Source: Candidatus Omnitrophota bacterium (GTDB lineage Bacteria; Omnitrophota; Gorgyraeia; Gygaellales; Profunditerraquicolaceae). From it: a DNA stretch of 64,000 nucleotides. Every line of letters begins with the position of its first letter. Within the stretch, counting starts at the first letter, position 1. The translations under genes were made by a program, and so were the position numbers. Shown piece after piece: positions 1 through 11,023 of this stretch. Under the pieces are notes generated by a model. That model was given only the letters and a program-made list of their open reading frames with translations. It had not been told where the DNA came from and did not search any database. The stretch is taken from NCBI GenBank assembly GCA_028713155.1, contig JAQTPA010000003.1:13966-77965 (forward strand), read 5' to 3'.

Positions 1-2
1 TT

Positions 3-404
3 CCGGGAGAGACCGGGAAGGAATTCAAAGAGCTGCTTAATTTTATTAAGGATGTCAAGTTTGAAAGATTAGGGGCGTTTACTTATTCCCGCGAAGAAGG
101 GACAAGGGCCTATAATTTTAAAGGCCAGGTGCCTGACAGATTAAAGTCAGAACGTTTAGCTGCGGTTATGTCTGTCCAGCAGGAGGTATCGCGCCAGATC
201 AACAGTAAATTTTTGGGGAAAAGCCTTATGGTCTTAGTTGATGAAGAAGAGGACGGTTCTTACCTGGGCCGTACGCAATATGATGCTCCGGAAGTTGACG
301 GTTTAGTCTATATCAGGTCTAAGCATAAACTGCATCCGGGTGATTTCGTAAGAGTTAGGATCAGTGATACCTTAGAATATGACCTTGTCGGGGAGGTAGA
401 ATAA
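3..404 (+). CDS. rimO: Ribosomal protein S12 methylthiotransferase RimO, C-terminal fragment (5' end cut by window edge)
   Basis: Frame-3 translation from the window start reads PGETGKEF...LGRTQYDAPEVDGLVYIR...GDFVRVRISDTLEYDLVGEV. This is the typical radical-SAM C-terminus plus TRAM domain of RimO. The stop codon overlaps the next gene's ATG (taATGa). Confidence 0.72.
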   Translation, partial: PGETGKEFKELLNFIKDVKFERLGAFTYSREEGTRAYNFKGQVPDRLKSERLAAVMSVQQEVSRQINSKFLGKSLMVLVDEEEDGSYLGRTQYDAPEVDGLVYIRSKHKLHPGDFVRVRISDTLEYDLVGEVE

Positions 405-982
405 TGAATCTCGCGAATAGATTGACGATGCTCAGGATCCTTCTAACTTTTGTTTTCATGGTTGTTTTATCTTGGCAGGGCCTGTGGGCCAAGATCGCGG
501 CTTTAATAATTTTTAGCCTGGCTGCCCTTTCAGACCTTTTTGACGGGATGATCGCTCATAGAAGGAATATGGTTACGGATTTTGGCCGGCTGATGGACCC
601 GATTGCCGATAAGATTCTGGTCCTGGCGGCGTTTGCCGCGTTCTTACAGTTGCAGTTGATTGAGGCCTGGATGTTTGTGATTATTGTCTCGCGCGAAATA
701 CTAATTACCTCTTTACGCCTGTTTGCGCTGAATAAAGGTAAGGTACTTTCGGCGGCTAGGGCGGGTAAGCATAAAACCGTTTCCCAGATGGCCGTGATAT
801 TTTATATCCTGGGTTTTATTGTGGTCAAGGAGTCGGTGATGACCTTTTCCAGCTGGAATCCGGTCTGGGAGGATTTTTTCCGTAAAAGCATAAATATTAT
901 GATGCTTCTTACTGTCGGGCTTACTCTATATTCGGGCTTATCTTATCTGTGGGAAAACCGTAAAATTATTACCAGGTTATAA
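404..982 (+). CDS. pgsA: CDP-diacylglycerol--glycerol-3-phosphate 3-phosphatidyltransferase
   Basis: Carries the CDP-alcohol phosphatidyltransferase motif (DLFDGMIAHRR...G...DPIADK). Multi-pass membrane protein of about 190 aa. Confidence 0.8.
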   Translation: MNLANRLTMLRILLTFVFMVVLSWQGLWAKIAALIIFSLAALSDLFDGMIAHRRNMVTDFGRLMDPIADKILVLAAFAAFLQLQLIEAWMFVIIVSREILITSLRLFALNKGKVLSAARAGKHKTVSQMAVIFYILGFIVVKESVMTFSSWNPVWEDFFRKSINIMMLLTVGLTLYSGLSYLWENRKIITRL

Positions 983-984
983 GC

Positions 985-1446
985 GTGTTTAAATTCTTAA
1001 TTAAAACTATAAGCACCTTCTTTTATGTCGGTTATTTTCCGCTTATTCCCGGGACAGCCGGAAGCGTCGCTGCGGTATTCTTCTTTTTCCTGATTAAAAA
1101 TAATCCCACAACCTATCTTATAACTTTAGCGGCATTATTGATTTTAGGTTTTCTGACTAGCGGCATGGCGGAAAAAATAATGCGGAAGACCGATCCGCCT
1201 TGCGTAGTCATAGATGAGGTTTGCGGCATGCTGATCGGGTTTTTATTCCTGCCCTACGATATAAGATTAGTGATCATCGCTTTTGTGATCTTTCGCATAC
1301 TGGATACGCTTAAACCTTACCCGATAAGCTCGTTTGAAAAATTAAAAGGGGGCTTAGGCGTAATGAGCGATGATATTATTGCCGGGCTCTATACCAATCT
1401 TATCCTTCAGGCAGTGGTGAGTTTTACTTCTTTTAGCGCTGCGTAG
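985..1446 (+). CDS. pgpA: Phosphatidylglycerophosphatase A
   Basis: PgpA signature YFPLIPGTAGS...VIDEVCG...FRILDTLKPYPI...GGLGVMSDDIIAG. GTG start, immediately after pgsA. Confidence 0.75.
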   Translation: MFKFLIKTISTFFYVGYFPLIPGTAGSVAAVFFFFLIKNNPTTYLITLAALLILGFLTSGMAEKIMRKTDPPCVVIDEVCGMLIGFLFLPYDIRLVIIAFVIFRILDTLKPYPISSFEKLKGGLGVMSDDIIAGLYTNLILQAVVSFTSFSAA

Positions 1447-1979
1447 ACAGGCCCGCCTGGGCCGAGGGTACTCTTAAATAAAGTGATCTTTGTTACATCA
1501 AATTCAATATTCCTGCCGGAAAAATAATTCTCCAGTTCCTTTAAATTATTAGCCAGCCCGTCTTTATTTAATGTTCCCTTTACTCTACCGATAGTTATAT
1601 GCGAAGAAAAGGGACGTTCTTCTTTGGAGATTCCCAGTTCTTCGATTCTTTCTTCTAATTCTCTGGCAAGCACCGCAGTTTCTTTATCGCCTTTATCGAT
1701 CCCGACCCAGACTATCCGGGGGAATTCTATCCTTGGGAAGGCGCCGAGAGAGCCAAGGTTCATCCGGAACTGCCGGGATTTTTTGGCAGTATCTTCGATG
1801 GCTCCGGTAATCTTTATGGATTTGCCTTCATCGATTTCACCTAAGAATTTCAGGGTCAGATGAATATTCTCAGGCTCAATCCATTTTACATCCGCGCCCG
1901 CTTTCTTAAGCAAGTCCTGTAATTCAGAGAGTTTATCTTTAATTTCTTGTGATAGTTCAATAGCAATAAATGTGCGCAT
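1407..1979 (-). CDS. thpR: RNA 2',3'-cyclic phosphodiesterase (2H phosphoesterase, LigT/ThpR)
   Basis: Two H-x-T/S-x motifs (HLTLKFLG and HITIGR) typical of the 2H family. ATG at 1979 (MRTFIAIEL); the ORF track extends to a TTG at 1991. Confidence 0.75.
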   Translation of the reverse strand: MRTFIAIELSQEIKDKLSELQDLLKKAGADVKWIEPENIHLTLKFLGEIDEGKSIKITGAIEDTAKKSRQFRMNLGSLGAFPRIEFPRIVWVGIDKGDKETAVLARELEERIEELGISKEERPFSSHITIGRVKGTLNKDGLANNLKELENYFSGRNIEFDVTKITLFKSTLGPGGPVYAALKEVKLTTA

Positions 1980-2008
1980 ACTCGGAACCAAGCCAATCCA
2001 TCCGCTAA

Positions 2009-2488
2009 CTATAAGATATTCTTTAATAATTTTAATGCTTTTAAGGTTGCTTGCTGTCTAACGCTATTACGAGTTCCCTTAAAAACAAATTTCTTGCAGA
2101 AGTTTATATTTTTAGAGGAGAGGGCGATAAAGACCGTGCCGACGGGCTTTTGGGGGGTTGCGCCGGTCGGGCCGGCAATACCGGTTATGCTAATCCCTAA
2201 GTCAGTTTTGGCGAGTTTTTCTATTCTTTGCGCCATAAGGAGTGCAGTTTCTTGGGAAACCGCGCCTTTTTTACGGATAACTGAAGCCGGAATTCTTAAG
2301 ATACTTTTTTTAGACTCGTTGCTGTAAGTTGTTATCCCCAGGATAAAATAACGGGAGCTATCCGGAAAGAGCGTAAGTAATGAGGAAAGCAGTCCGGCAG
2401 TGCAGGATTCAGCGGTGGCAATGGTCTTACCGCTTTTTAGCAGGCGTAGATGTACCTGTTTTATAAGGTTTTGCATAATTATAGGCAT
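2009..2488 (-). CDS. pncC: CinA C-terminal domain protein / nicotinamide-nucleotide amidohydrolase PncC-like
   Basis: TAESCTAGLLSS...GISITGIAGP is the CinA_C signature. It forms a minus-strand pair with thpR. Confidence 0.72.
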   Translation of the reverse strand: MPIIMQNLIKQVHLRLLKSGKTIATAESCTAGLLSSLLTLFPDSSRYFILGITTYSNESKKSILRIPASVIRKKGAVSQETALLMAQRIEKLAKTDLGISITGIAGPTGATPQKPVGTVFIALSSKNINFCKKFVFKGTRNSVRQQATLKALKLLKNIL

Positions 2489-2509
2489 ATTATAACTCTT
2501 TTATGGCTA

Positions 2510-2537
2510 TTGACAAGGTAGAAAATTGTGTTATAAT
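2510..2537 (+). promoter_or_regulatory. Sigma70-type promoter of the rib operon (TTGACA-16nt-TGTTATAAT, extended -10)
   Basis: TTGACA at 2510-2515 and TATAAT at 2532-2537, preceded by TGT. It lies directly upstream of the FMN riboswitch. Confidence 0.5.
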
Positions 2538-2552
2538 TCATTACTAGATTAA

Positions 2553-2680
2553 TCTTCAGGGCAGGGTGTAATTCCCGACCGGCGGTAGCGCAGAAGCGCA
2601 AGCCCGCGAGCTTCCGATAGGAAGCATGATCTGGATAATTTCCAGAGCCGATTGTAAAGTCTAGATGGAAGGAGATTAAT
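2553..2680 (+). promoter_or_regulatory. FMN riboswitch (RFN element) aptamer
   Basis: CAGGGCAGGGTGTAATTCCCGACCGGCGGTAG...AGCCCGCGAGC...CCAGAGCCGATTGTAAAGTCTAGATGGAAGGAGAT matches the conserved RFN core (GGGCAGGGUGAAAUUCCCGACCGGCGGUAG ... GCCGACAGUGAAAGUCUGGAUGGGAGA). It sits in the leader of ribBA. Confidence 0.85.
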
Positions 2681-2690
2681 AATTCTTATG

Positions 2691-2716
2691 CCCGAAGATC
2701 ATCTTCGGGTTTTTTA
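2691..2716 (+). terminator. Riboswitch expression-platform intrinsic terminator
   Basis: CCCGAAGATCATCTTCGGG hairpin followed by TTTTTT, immediately 3' of the FMN aptamer. Confidence 0.75.
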
Positions 2717-2833
2717 TTGAGTGGATAACTTACGGAGCGCATAGCGAACGTAAGTTATAGCGAAGCGTCCGCGAAATAATCCCGAGCCTTTGACTAACGT
2801 TGTTACAGGCGAGGGATCTAAGGGGTACAATTT

Positions 2834-4045
2834 ATGTTTAATACTATACCGGAAATTCTGGAAGATTTAAAAAACGGCCAGATGGTTATCGTGGTTGATG
2901 ACGCAGACCGCGAGAACGAAGGCGATCTGGTTATGGCGGCATCTTTTGTCAAGCCGGAGCATATAAACTTCATGGCTAAGTTCGGCCGCGGGCTTATCTG
3001 CGTGCCGATGGAAGAAGAGAGGCTTAAGGTTTTAAATTTAGGGCCGATGCTAAAAGATAGAGGGGCTTTTGGACGGGAAGACCCTTTTGCTACTGCCTGG
3101 ATGATGTCTGTGGATGCGGCTAAGGGTATAACCACGGGTATATCCGCGTACGACCGTTCGCGCACAATAGAAGTTTTAATTAATCCGCAGTCTAATCCTG
3201 AAGACCTCATCCGGCCAGGGCATATTTTTCCGTTAAGGGCCATGGCCGGAGGAGTATTGGTGCGCGCAGGCCATACCGAGGCAACTGTTGACCTTATGCG
3301 CCTGGGCTCATTGTATTCAGCAGGCGTAATCTGCGAGATAATGAATGATGACGGCAGTATGTCGCGCCTGCCGCAGTTATTGGAATTTTCCCGGAAGCAT
3401 AAATTAAAAATCTGTTCCATGGCCGACCTTATCGAATACCGCCGGCGTTCGGAGAAATTGATTGAAAAGGTAGCCGAAACCAGGCTTCCTACGGAATTCG
3501 GAGAGTATAAACTTATACTCTACCGCGACCTGACTAATAATAAAGTGCATACCGCTCTTATTATGGGCCAGTGGAAGGATGAGCCGGTTTTAGTGCGCGT
3601 GCATTCCGAATGTTTAACCGGAGATGTTTTCGGTTCTCTGCGTTGCGATTGCGGCCGGCAATTGAACAGGAGTATGGAAATTGTTGGCAGGCAGGGCCAG
3701 GGCGTTATCCTTTACATGAACCAGGAGGGCCGGGGTATCGGCCTGGTAGAGAAGATCAAGGCCTACGGCTTACAGGATAAAGGATTGGATACGGTAGAGG
3801 CTAATGAAGCCCTGGGTCATAAGGCGGACTTGCGCGATTACGGCATCGGCGCCCAGATACTGGTGGATTTAGGGGTTAAAAATATCAGGCTGCTGACCAA
3901 TAATCCGCGCAAGATTGTCGGCTTGGAAGGCTATGGCCTGGCGGTGGTTGAGCGCCTTTCTTTGGAAATTGAGCCAAATCCGTCTAATTACCGTTATCTA
4001 AAGACCAAAAAGGAAAAGCTTGGTCATAATTTAAATATAACCTAG
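2834..4045 (+). CDS. ribBA: Bifunctional 3,4-dihydroxy-2-butanone-4-phosphate synthase / GTP cyclohydrolase II
   Basis: N-terminal DHBP synthase signature (VVDDADRENEGDLV) and C-terminal GCHII signature (CDCGRQL, zinc cysteines). AAGGGG SD before the ATG. Confidence 0.9.
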   Translation: MFNTIPEILEDLKNGQMVIVVDDADRENEGDLVMAASFVKPEHINFMAKFGRGLICVPMEEERLKVLNLGPMLKDRGAFGREDPFATAWMMSVDAAKGITTGISAYDRSRTIEVLINPQSNPEDLIRPGHIFPLRAMAGGVLVRAGHTEATVDLMRLGSLYSAGVICEIMNDDGSMSRLPQLLEFSRKHKLKICSMADLIEYRRRSEKLIEKVAETRLPTEFGEYKLILYRDLTNNKVHTALIMGQWKDEPVLVRVHSECLTGDVFGSLRCDCGRQLNRSMEIVGRQGQGVILYMNQEGRGIGLVEKIKAYGLQDKGLDTVEANEALGHKADLRDYGIGAQILVDLGVKNIRLLTNNPRKIVGLEGYGLAVVERLSLEIEPNPSNYRYLKTKKEKLGHNLNIT

Positions 4046-4070
4046 GGACGGGATTTAAGAACCGTCCCTA
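4043..4070 (+). repeat. Palindrome TAGGGACGG-gatttaagaa-CCGTCCCTA between ribBA and ribH, overlapping the ribBA stop codon
   Basis: Perfect 9-bp arms, read directly. It shares TAGGGA/TCCCTA arms with the palindromes at 36726-36744 and 55412-55430. Confidence 0.8.
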
Positions 4071-4090
4071 AAGAAAAAGGGGGGAGAGAG

Positions 4091-4558
4091 ATGATGAAGG
4101 TGATTGAGGGTAATTTAATCGCAAAAGGAAAAAAGTTCAGTATCGTGGCTTCGCGTTTTAATAATTTTATGACTAAAGAATTAGTTTCTGGATGCGTGGA
4201 TACTCTAGTCAGGCACGGAGCAAGTGGCGATGATTTAACCGTAACCTGGGTCCCCGGGGCATTTGAGATACCCGCGGTTGCGCAAAAATTAGCTAAAACC
4301 AAAGATTATGATGCCGTAATCTGCCTGGGTACAGTTATCCGCGGAGCAACCCCGCATTTTGATTATATCGCTTCGGAAGTAGCCAAGGGTATAGCCAGGG
4401 TTTCGGAAAGCACCGGTGTCCCGGCTATCTTCGGGATTATTACTGCCGATACGATTGAACAGGCAGTAGAGCGCTCCGGCACCAAGGACGGGAATAAGGG
4501 AAGCGCTGCCGCTTTATCGGCGATAGAAATGGTTAATATCTTAGAGAAAATAAAATAA
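4091..4558 (+). CDS. ribH: 6,7-dimethyl-8-ribityllumazine synthase
   Basis: [12 protein letters not shown]...WVPGAFEIP...[16 protein letters not shown] is the lumazine synthase signature. Confidence 0.9.
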   Translation: MMKVIEGNLIAKGKKFSIVASRFNNFMTKELVSGCVDTLVRHGASGDDLTVTWVPGAFEIPAVAQKLAKTKDYDAVICLGTVIRGATPHFDYIASEVAKGIARVSESTGVPAIFGIITADTIEQAVERSGTKDGNKGSAAALSAIEMVNILEKIK

Positions 4559-4559
4559 G

Positions 4560-4976
4560 ATGCGTAAACGAACACTTGCCCGCGAATACGCCCTGCAGGT
4601 CCTCTATCAACTGGATATTACCAGTGATGCGCCTAAAAACGCGTTAGAAAATTTTTGGTCTAACCGTAAAGACGAAGAAATTGATGCTGTTTTGAAAGAA
4701 TTTTCTTCGGAATTGGTCAGGGGAGTAGCCCAAAACCTGGAAGAGATAGATAAAAAGATAGTTAAATATGCGGCTAACTGGCAGCTTAAGCGGATGGCTG
4801 TGGTGGACAGGAATATTATGCGTTTGGGATGCTTTGAACTCTTATACCGCGAGGATATCCCGCCGAAAGTTTCCATCAACGAGGCAGTAGAACTGGCCAA
4901 AAAATTTTCCGGTATTGAATCGGGGAAATTCGTCAATGCCATATTGGATAAGGTAAAGCTCGAAAAAAATAAATGA
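4560..4976 (+). CDS. nusB: Transcription antitermination factor NusB
   Basis: ARE.ALQVLYQLD N-terminus, about 138 aa. ribH-nusB adjacency is common. Confidence 0.85.
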   Translation: MRKRTLAREYALQVLYQLDITSDAPKNALENFWSNRKDEEIDAVLKEFSSELVRGVAQNLEEIDKKIVKYAANWQLKRMAVVDRNIMRLGCFELLYREDIPPKVSINEAVELAKKFSGIESGKFVNAILDKVKLEKNK

Positions 4977-5797
4977 AATCCGCGGATTTACACCTGCATA
5001 CCATATTTTCAGACGGTACCTATACCCCTGAAGAATTAATCAGTCAAAGCTTAAAAAGCGGATTGTCGGCTATCGCCGTAGTTGACCACGATACCGTAGC
5101 GGGCCTTGCCCCTACAATAGCCGCAGCCGGAGAGAGCGGCCTGGAGGTTTTATCCGGAGTAGAAATCAGCGCGGAGTATAAAAACCAGGAAGTCCATATC
5201 CTGGGTTATTTGATTGATTATCAGGATAAAGCTTTCTTAGAGAAGACAGCGTCCTTAAAAAATAATCGCATTGAACGTGTCTATAAAATAGTCGCTAAAT
5301 TAAATGCTTTAGGTATACCTTTAGACCCGCAAAGCGTATTTGACCTGGCGGCTAGCGGTACGGTAGGCAGGCTGCATATTGCCCGGGCATTGGTTAAGGG
5401 AGGGTTGGTCAGGTCCATATACGAGGTATTCCATAAATATATCGGAGATAATGGCCCGGCTTATGTTTTGGGATTCCGTTTTAGCCCTCAAGAAGCCATA
5501 GAATTTATTAAGAAAGCCGGAGGCGTACCGGTTTTAGCCCATCCCTATACTTTGAATAATGACGAATTGATTTTAGAGTTTGTAAAGTTAGGGCTTATGG
5601 GCCTGGAGGTTTATTACCCGGAGCATTCGCAGGGAGCGGTTAACTTTTATCTGGAGCTGGCCCGGCAGAATAATTTATTGGTTACCGGAGGCTCAGACTG
5701 CCACGGTAAAGCTAAGCCCGAGGTGCGTATCGGTTCAATCAAAGTGCCTTACGCGTTAGTTGAAAAGTTAAAAGAGGCGAAAGAAAATTTAAAATGA
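4973..5797 (+). CDS. PHP-domain phosphoesterase (TrpH/YciV family)
   Basis: DLHLHTIFSDG N-terminus and histidine/aspartate metal ligands spread through the sequence (VDHDT, HILGY, HPY, GGSDCHG). Embedded in the rib operon. Confidence 0.7.
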   Translation: MKSADLHLHTIFSDGTYTPEELISQSLKSGLSAIAVVDHDTVAGLAPTIAAAGESGLEVLSGVEISAEYKNQEVHILGYLIDYQDKAFLEKTASLKNNRIERVYKIVAKLNALGIPLDPQSVFDLAASGTVGRLHIARALVKGGLVRSIYEVFHKYIGDNGPAYVLGFRFSPQEAIEFIKKAGGVPVLAHPYTLNNDELILEFVKLGLMGLEVYYPEHSQGAVNFYLELARQNNLLVTGGSDCHGKAKPEVRIGSIKVPYALVEKLKEAKENLK

Positions 5798-6885
5798 AAA
5801 AGACCCGCGAATATTATATGAACCTGGCGTTGAAATTAGCCCTAAAAGGCAAAGGTAAGACTTCGCCTAACCCCCTGGTCGGGGCTTTGGTGGTAAAAAA
5901 CAACCGGATTGTCGGCAGGGGTTTCCATGGGCAGGCCGGACTTAGCCACGCTGAGGTTATCGCCCTGGATGAAGCCCAGGATTTGGCGGAAGGCGCAACT
6001 CTCTATGTTACCTTAGAGCCCTGTTGCCATTTCGGCCGCACTCCTCCTTGCGTGGCCAGGGTTATTAAAAGCGGAGTCAAAGAAGTTATAGTGGGCATGG
6101 TTGATCCTAACCCCTTAAACAATGGAAAGGGTATTGAGATACTTAAGCAGAATAAAATAAAAGTTAAAGTAGGTTTTTTAGAAGATAAATTAAAGCGGTT
6201 AAATGAAGTTTTTATAAAATATATTACCCGTAAAACACCTTTTATTACGGTTAAAGTAGCCGAATCGCTGGATGGCCGTATCGCCACCAGGACCGGCGAT
6301 TCTAAATGGATAACCTCGGATAAATCCCGCGGTTTTGCGCACCGGCTGCGCGCTGATTTTGACGCGATTATGGTCGGAGTAAATACTGTCTTAAGGGATA
6401 ACCCTAAGCTGGATGTCTGGTTTTCCAAAAGGCATCCGGTTAAAATTGTTGTGGATAGTCAGTTAAGTACTCCGGAAAAGGCGAATATATTCTCCGGATC
6501 AAACCCGGTGATTATCGCCACCCTGGCTACGCGTTTGGGCCAGGAGACCGAGAACAGGGCGATCCTGGCTCATAAGGCCAAGATTCTGGAAATTAAGGAG
6601 AAGGCCGGCCAGGTTAACCTGAAAGATTTAATGAAGAAGCTAGCCGGCGTGGGCATTACCAGCATCCTTGTCGAAGGCGGCGGAATGCTCATTGGTTCGT
6701 TATTTGACGAAGGCCTGATAGATAAAATAATGTTTTTTATCAGCCCTAAGATTATCGGCGGTAAAGATGCCATTAGCTCGGTAATGGGCCAGGGTATAGC
6801 GCGGATTGAACGGGCAGCGAAATTAAAGAATATGTCCTTAAGGCGGTTCGGGGAAGATTTTCTGATCGAGGGGTATATAAAATAA
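5794..6885 (+). CDS. ribD: Bifunctional riboflavin biosynthesis deaminase/reductase
   Basis: CMP/dCMP deaminase zinc motif HAEVIAL...LEPCCHFGRTPPC, followed by a RibD_C reductase domain. Confidence 0.9.
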   Translation: MKKTREYYMNLALKLALKGKGKTSPNPLVGALVVKNNRIVGRGFHGQAGLSHAEVIALDEAQDLAEGATLYVTLEPCCHFGRTPPCVARVIKSGVKEVIVGMVDPNPLNNGKGIEILKQNKIKVKVGFLEDKLKRLNEVFIKYITRKTPFITVKVAESLDGRIATRTGDSKWITSDKSRGFAHRLRADFDAIMVGVNTVLRDNPKLDVWFSKRHPVKIVVDSQLSTPEKANIFSGSNPVIIATLATRLGQETENRAILAHKAKILEIKEKAGQVNLKDLMKKLAGVGITSILVEGGGMLIGSLFDEGLIDKIMFFISPKIIGGKDAISSVMGQGIARIERAAKLKNMSLRRFGEDFLIEGYIK

Positions 6886-6886
6886 T

Positions 6887-7459
6887 ATGTTTACGGGTAT
6901 CGTGGAAGAGCTGGGGGTAGTAAAAAGAATTTCGCAGCGCGCCAATATCCGTCTTATTGAAATCAGCTCCGAAAAAACTCTAGCCGATGTAAAAAAAGGA
7001 GACAGCCTGGCCGTAAACGGGGTATGCCTGACGGCAGTAGAAATAAAAAAAGGTTATTTTGCTTTTGAGGTTATGCCTCAAACTTTAAAAGTAACTAACC
7101 TGGGCAATATCAGAGTTGGTGATAAAGTCAACCTTGAGCGCAGCCTGAAAATGGGGGACAGGATATCCGGGCATTTTGTGCTGGGGCACATTGACTGCCT
7201 GGGGATTATCCGTAAGAAAAATTACGCCGGCGCTAACCTGGCTTTTGAGATTGCCGTGCCTCCGGAATTCCTGGGATATTGTTTACCCAAAGGTTCGGTC
7301 AGCGTTGACGGAATCAGCTTAACTATCATGGCTAAGCAGTCCAATGTTTTTAGCGTATATATTATTCCGCATACCCTTAGAAATACTACTTTGAGTTTTA
7401 AGGGCCCATCGGCTAAGGTTAATATTGAATTTGACCTTTTGGCTAAAAAAGGCAAGTAG
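6887..7459 (+). CDS. ribE: Riboflavin synthase
   Basis: MFTGIVEE..G start and two lumazine-binding repeats (SLAVNGVCLT / SVDGISLT). Confidence 0.85.
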   Translation: MFTGIVEELGVVKRISQRANIRLIEISSEKTLADVKKGDSLAVNGVCLTAVEIKKGYFAFEVMPQTLKVTNLGNIRVGDKVNLERSLKMGDRISGHFVLGHIDCLGIIRKKNYAGANLAFEIAVPPEFLGYCLPKGSVSVDGISLTIMAKQSNVFSVYIIPHTLRNTTLSFKGPSAKVNIEFDLLAKKGK

Positions 7460-7480
7460 CGTTATGTTAACTTGTAATTA

Positions 7481-7509
7481 TTGCCAACCTAAATATTTTC
7501 TGTTATACT
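7481..7509 (+). promoter_or_regulatory. Candidate sigma70 promoter for tRNA-Pro (TTGCCA-17-TATACT)
   Basis: TTGCCA at 7481-7486, a 17-nt spacer, and TATACT at 7504-7509, about 60 nt upstream of the tRNA. Confidence 0.45.
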
Positions 7510-7572
7510 AAATTTAAATAATACGGGGCGTGGTCATCCTCCTTCGGGGGATTTCGCCACGCAAGATATTAT

Positions 7573-7649
7573 ACGGGGCGTGGCTCAGTTTGGTAGAGCG
7601 CTTGGTTCGGGACCAAGAGGTCGACAGTTCAAGTCTGTCCGCCCCGACC
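7573..7649 (+). tRNA. tRNA-Pro (anticodon CGG), CCA encoded
   Basis: Manual cloverleaf fold. Acceptor CGGGGCG/CGCCCCG, D-stem GCTC/GAGC, anticodon stem CTTGG/CCAAG, loop TTCGGGA (anticodon CGG), T-arm GACAG-TTCAAGT-CTGTC, discriminator A, then CCA. Total 77 nt. Confidence 0.85.
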
Positions 7650-7653
7650 ACTT

Positions 7654-7926
7654 ATGAAAAAGCAAGTCCAGGTTTATTATTCCGGGCGGGTGCAAGGGAT
7701 AGGTTTTCGTTTTACTGCCGAACGCCTGGCCGAAGATCTGGGTGTCTTAGGCTGGGTCAGTAACCTTAGCGATGGCCGGGTAGAATTGGTTGCCGAAGCC
7801 AACGAAGATACCCTTAAAGATTTCCTTAGCCAGCTGAACAATATTTTTAAACGCTATATTCAGGATATACAGATAGACTGGAAGCCTGCCACAGGTACAT
7901 TTAAAGATTTCGGAGTAAGATTTTAA
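7654..7926 (+). CDS. acyP: Acylphosphatase
   Basis: VQGIGFRF motif and about 90 aa length are typical of acylphosphatase. Confidence 0.8.
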   Translation: MKKQVQVYYSGRVQGIGFRFTAERLAEDLGVLGWVSNLSDGRVELVAEANEDTLKDFLSQLNNIFKRYIQDIQIDWKPATGTFKDFGVRF

Positions 7927-10408
<2,482 letters not shown>

Positions 10409-10412
<4 letters not shown>

Positions 10413-11023
10413 TCTTAGAAAAAATTTCCGTAGGCGCGCTGCAGGTTAATTGTTATATTCTGGCTAGCCAGCGGGATTCCCGGGCGATCATTATCGATCC
10501 GGGAGCTGAAGCGCGCAAGATCCAACGGGTATTGGATAAATATAACCTGAAGCCGGCCTTGATTATCAATACCCACGGGCATTACGACCATATCGGGGCG
10601 GATAATGCGTTTAATCTCCCGGTCTATGTACATAAACTTGATGCGCCGATGCTGCAAGACGCGCAGTTAAATATGTCGGGGTTATTTTCGCTTCCCCGTA
10701 CGGTTAAATCCGAAATAATATTACTGGACGATATGCAGATCGTTGAAACAGGCGGTATACAATTAAAAGTCGTGCACCTGCCGGGGCACACAGCCGGCGG
10801 CATCGGTTTACTTCTCCAGAAGCCGGCAAAGAGGATAGCTTTTACCGGCGATACATTATTCTGCCAGGGTGTTGGCAGGTGGGATTTAGCCGGCGGCAGC
10901 CAAGCGGCATTGGTTAAGTCGATCAAAGAGAAGTTATTTATTTTACCTGATGATACCAGGATCTACCCCGGGCATGGCCCGGATTCCACGATAGGCCAGG
11001 AGAAGAAAAATAATTTAATATGA
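10409..11023 (+). CDS. MBL-fold metallo-hydrolase (glyoxalase II-like)
   Basis: THGHYDH motif plus the downstream HLPGHTAGG and PGHG motifs. Confidence 0.75.

Noticed and set aside
2789-2831. Possible second promoter (TTGACT ... TACAAT) just upstream of ribBA that would bypass the riboswitch
   Set aside because: No acceptable -35 lies at 16-18 nt spacing from TACAAT (the sequence there is TTACAG), and TACAAT ends 2 nt before the ATG. This is not convincing without transcript-mapping data.
7530-7763. 77-aa ORF spanning the tRNA-Pro gene and running into acyP
   Set aside because: It overlaps a well-folded tRNA and reads through it; an artefact of the six-frame track.
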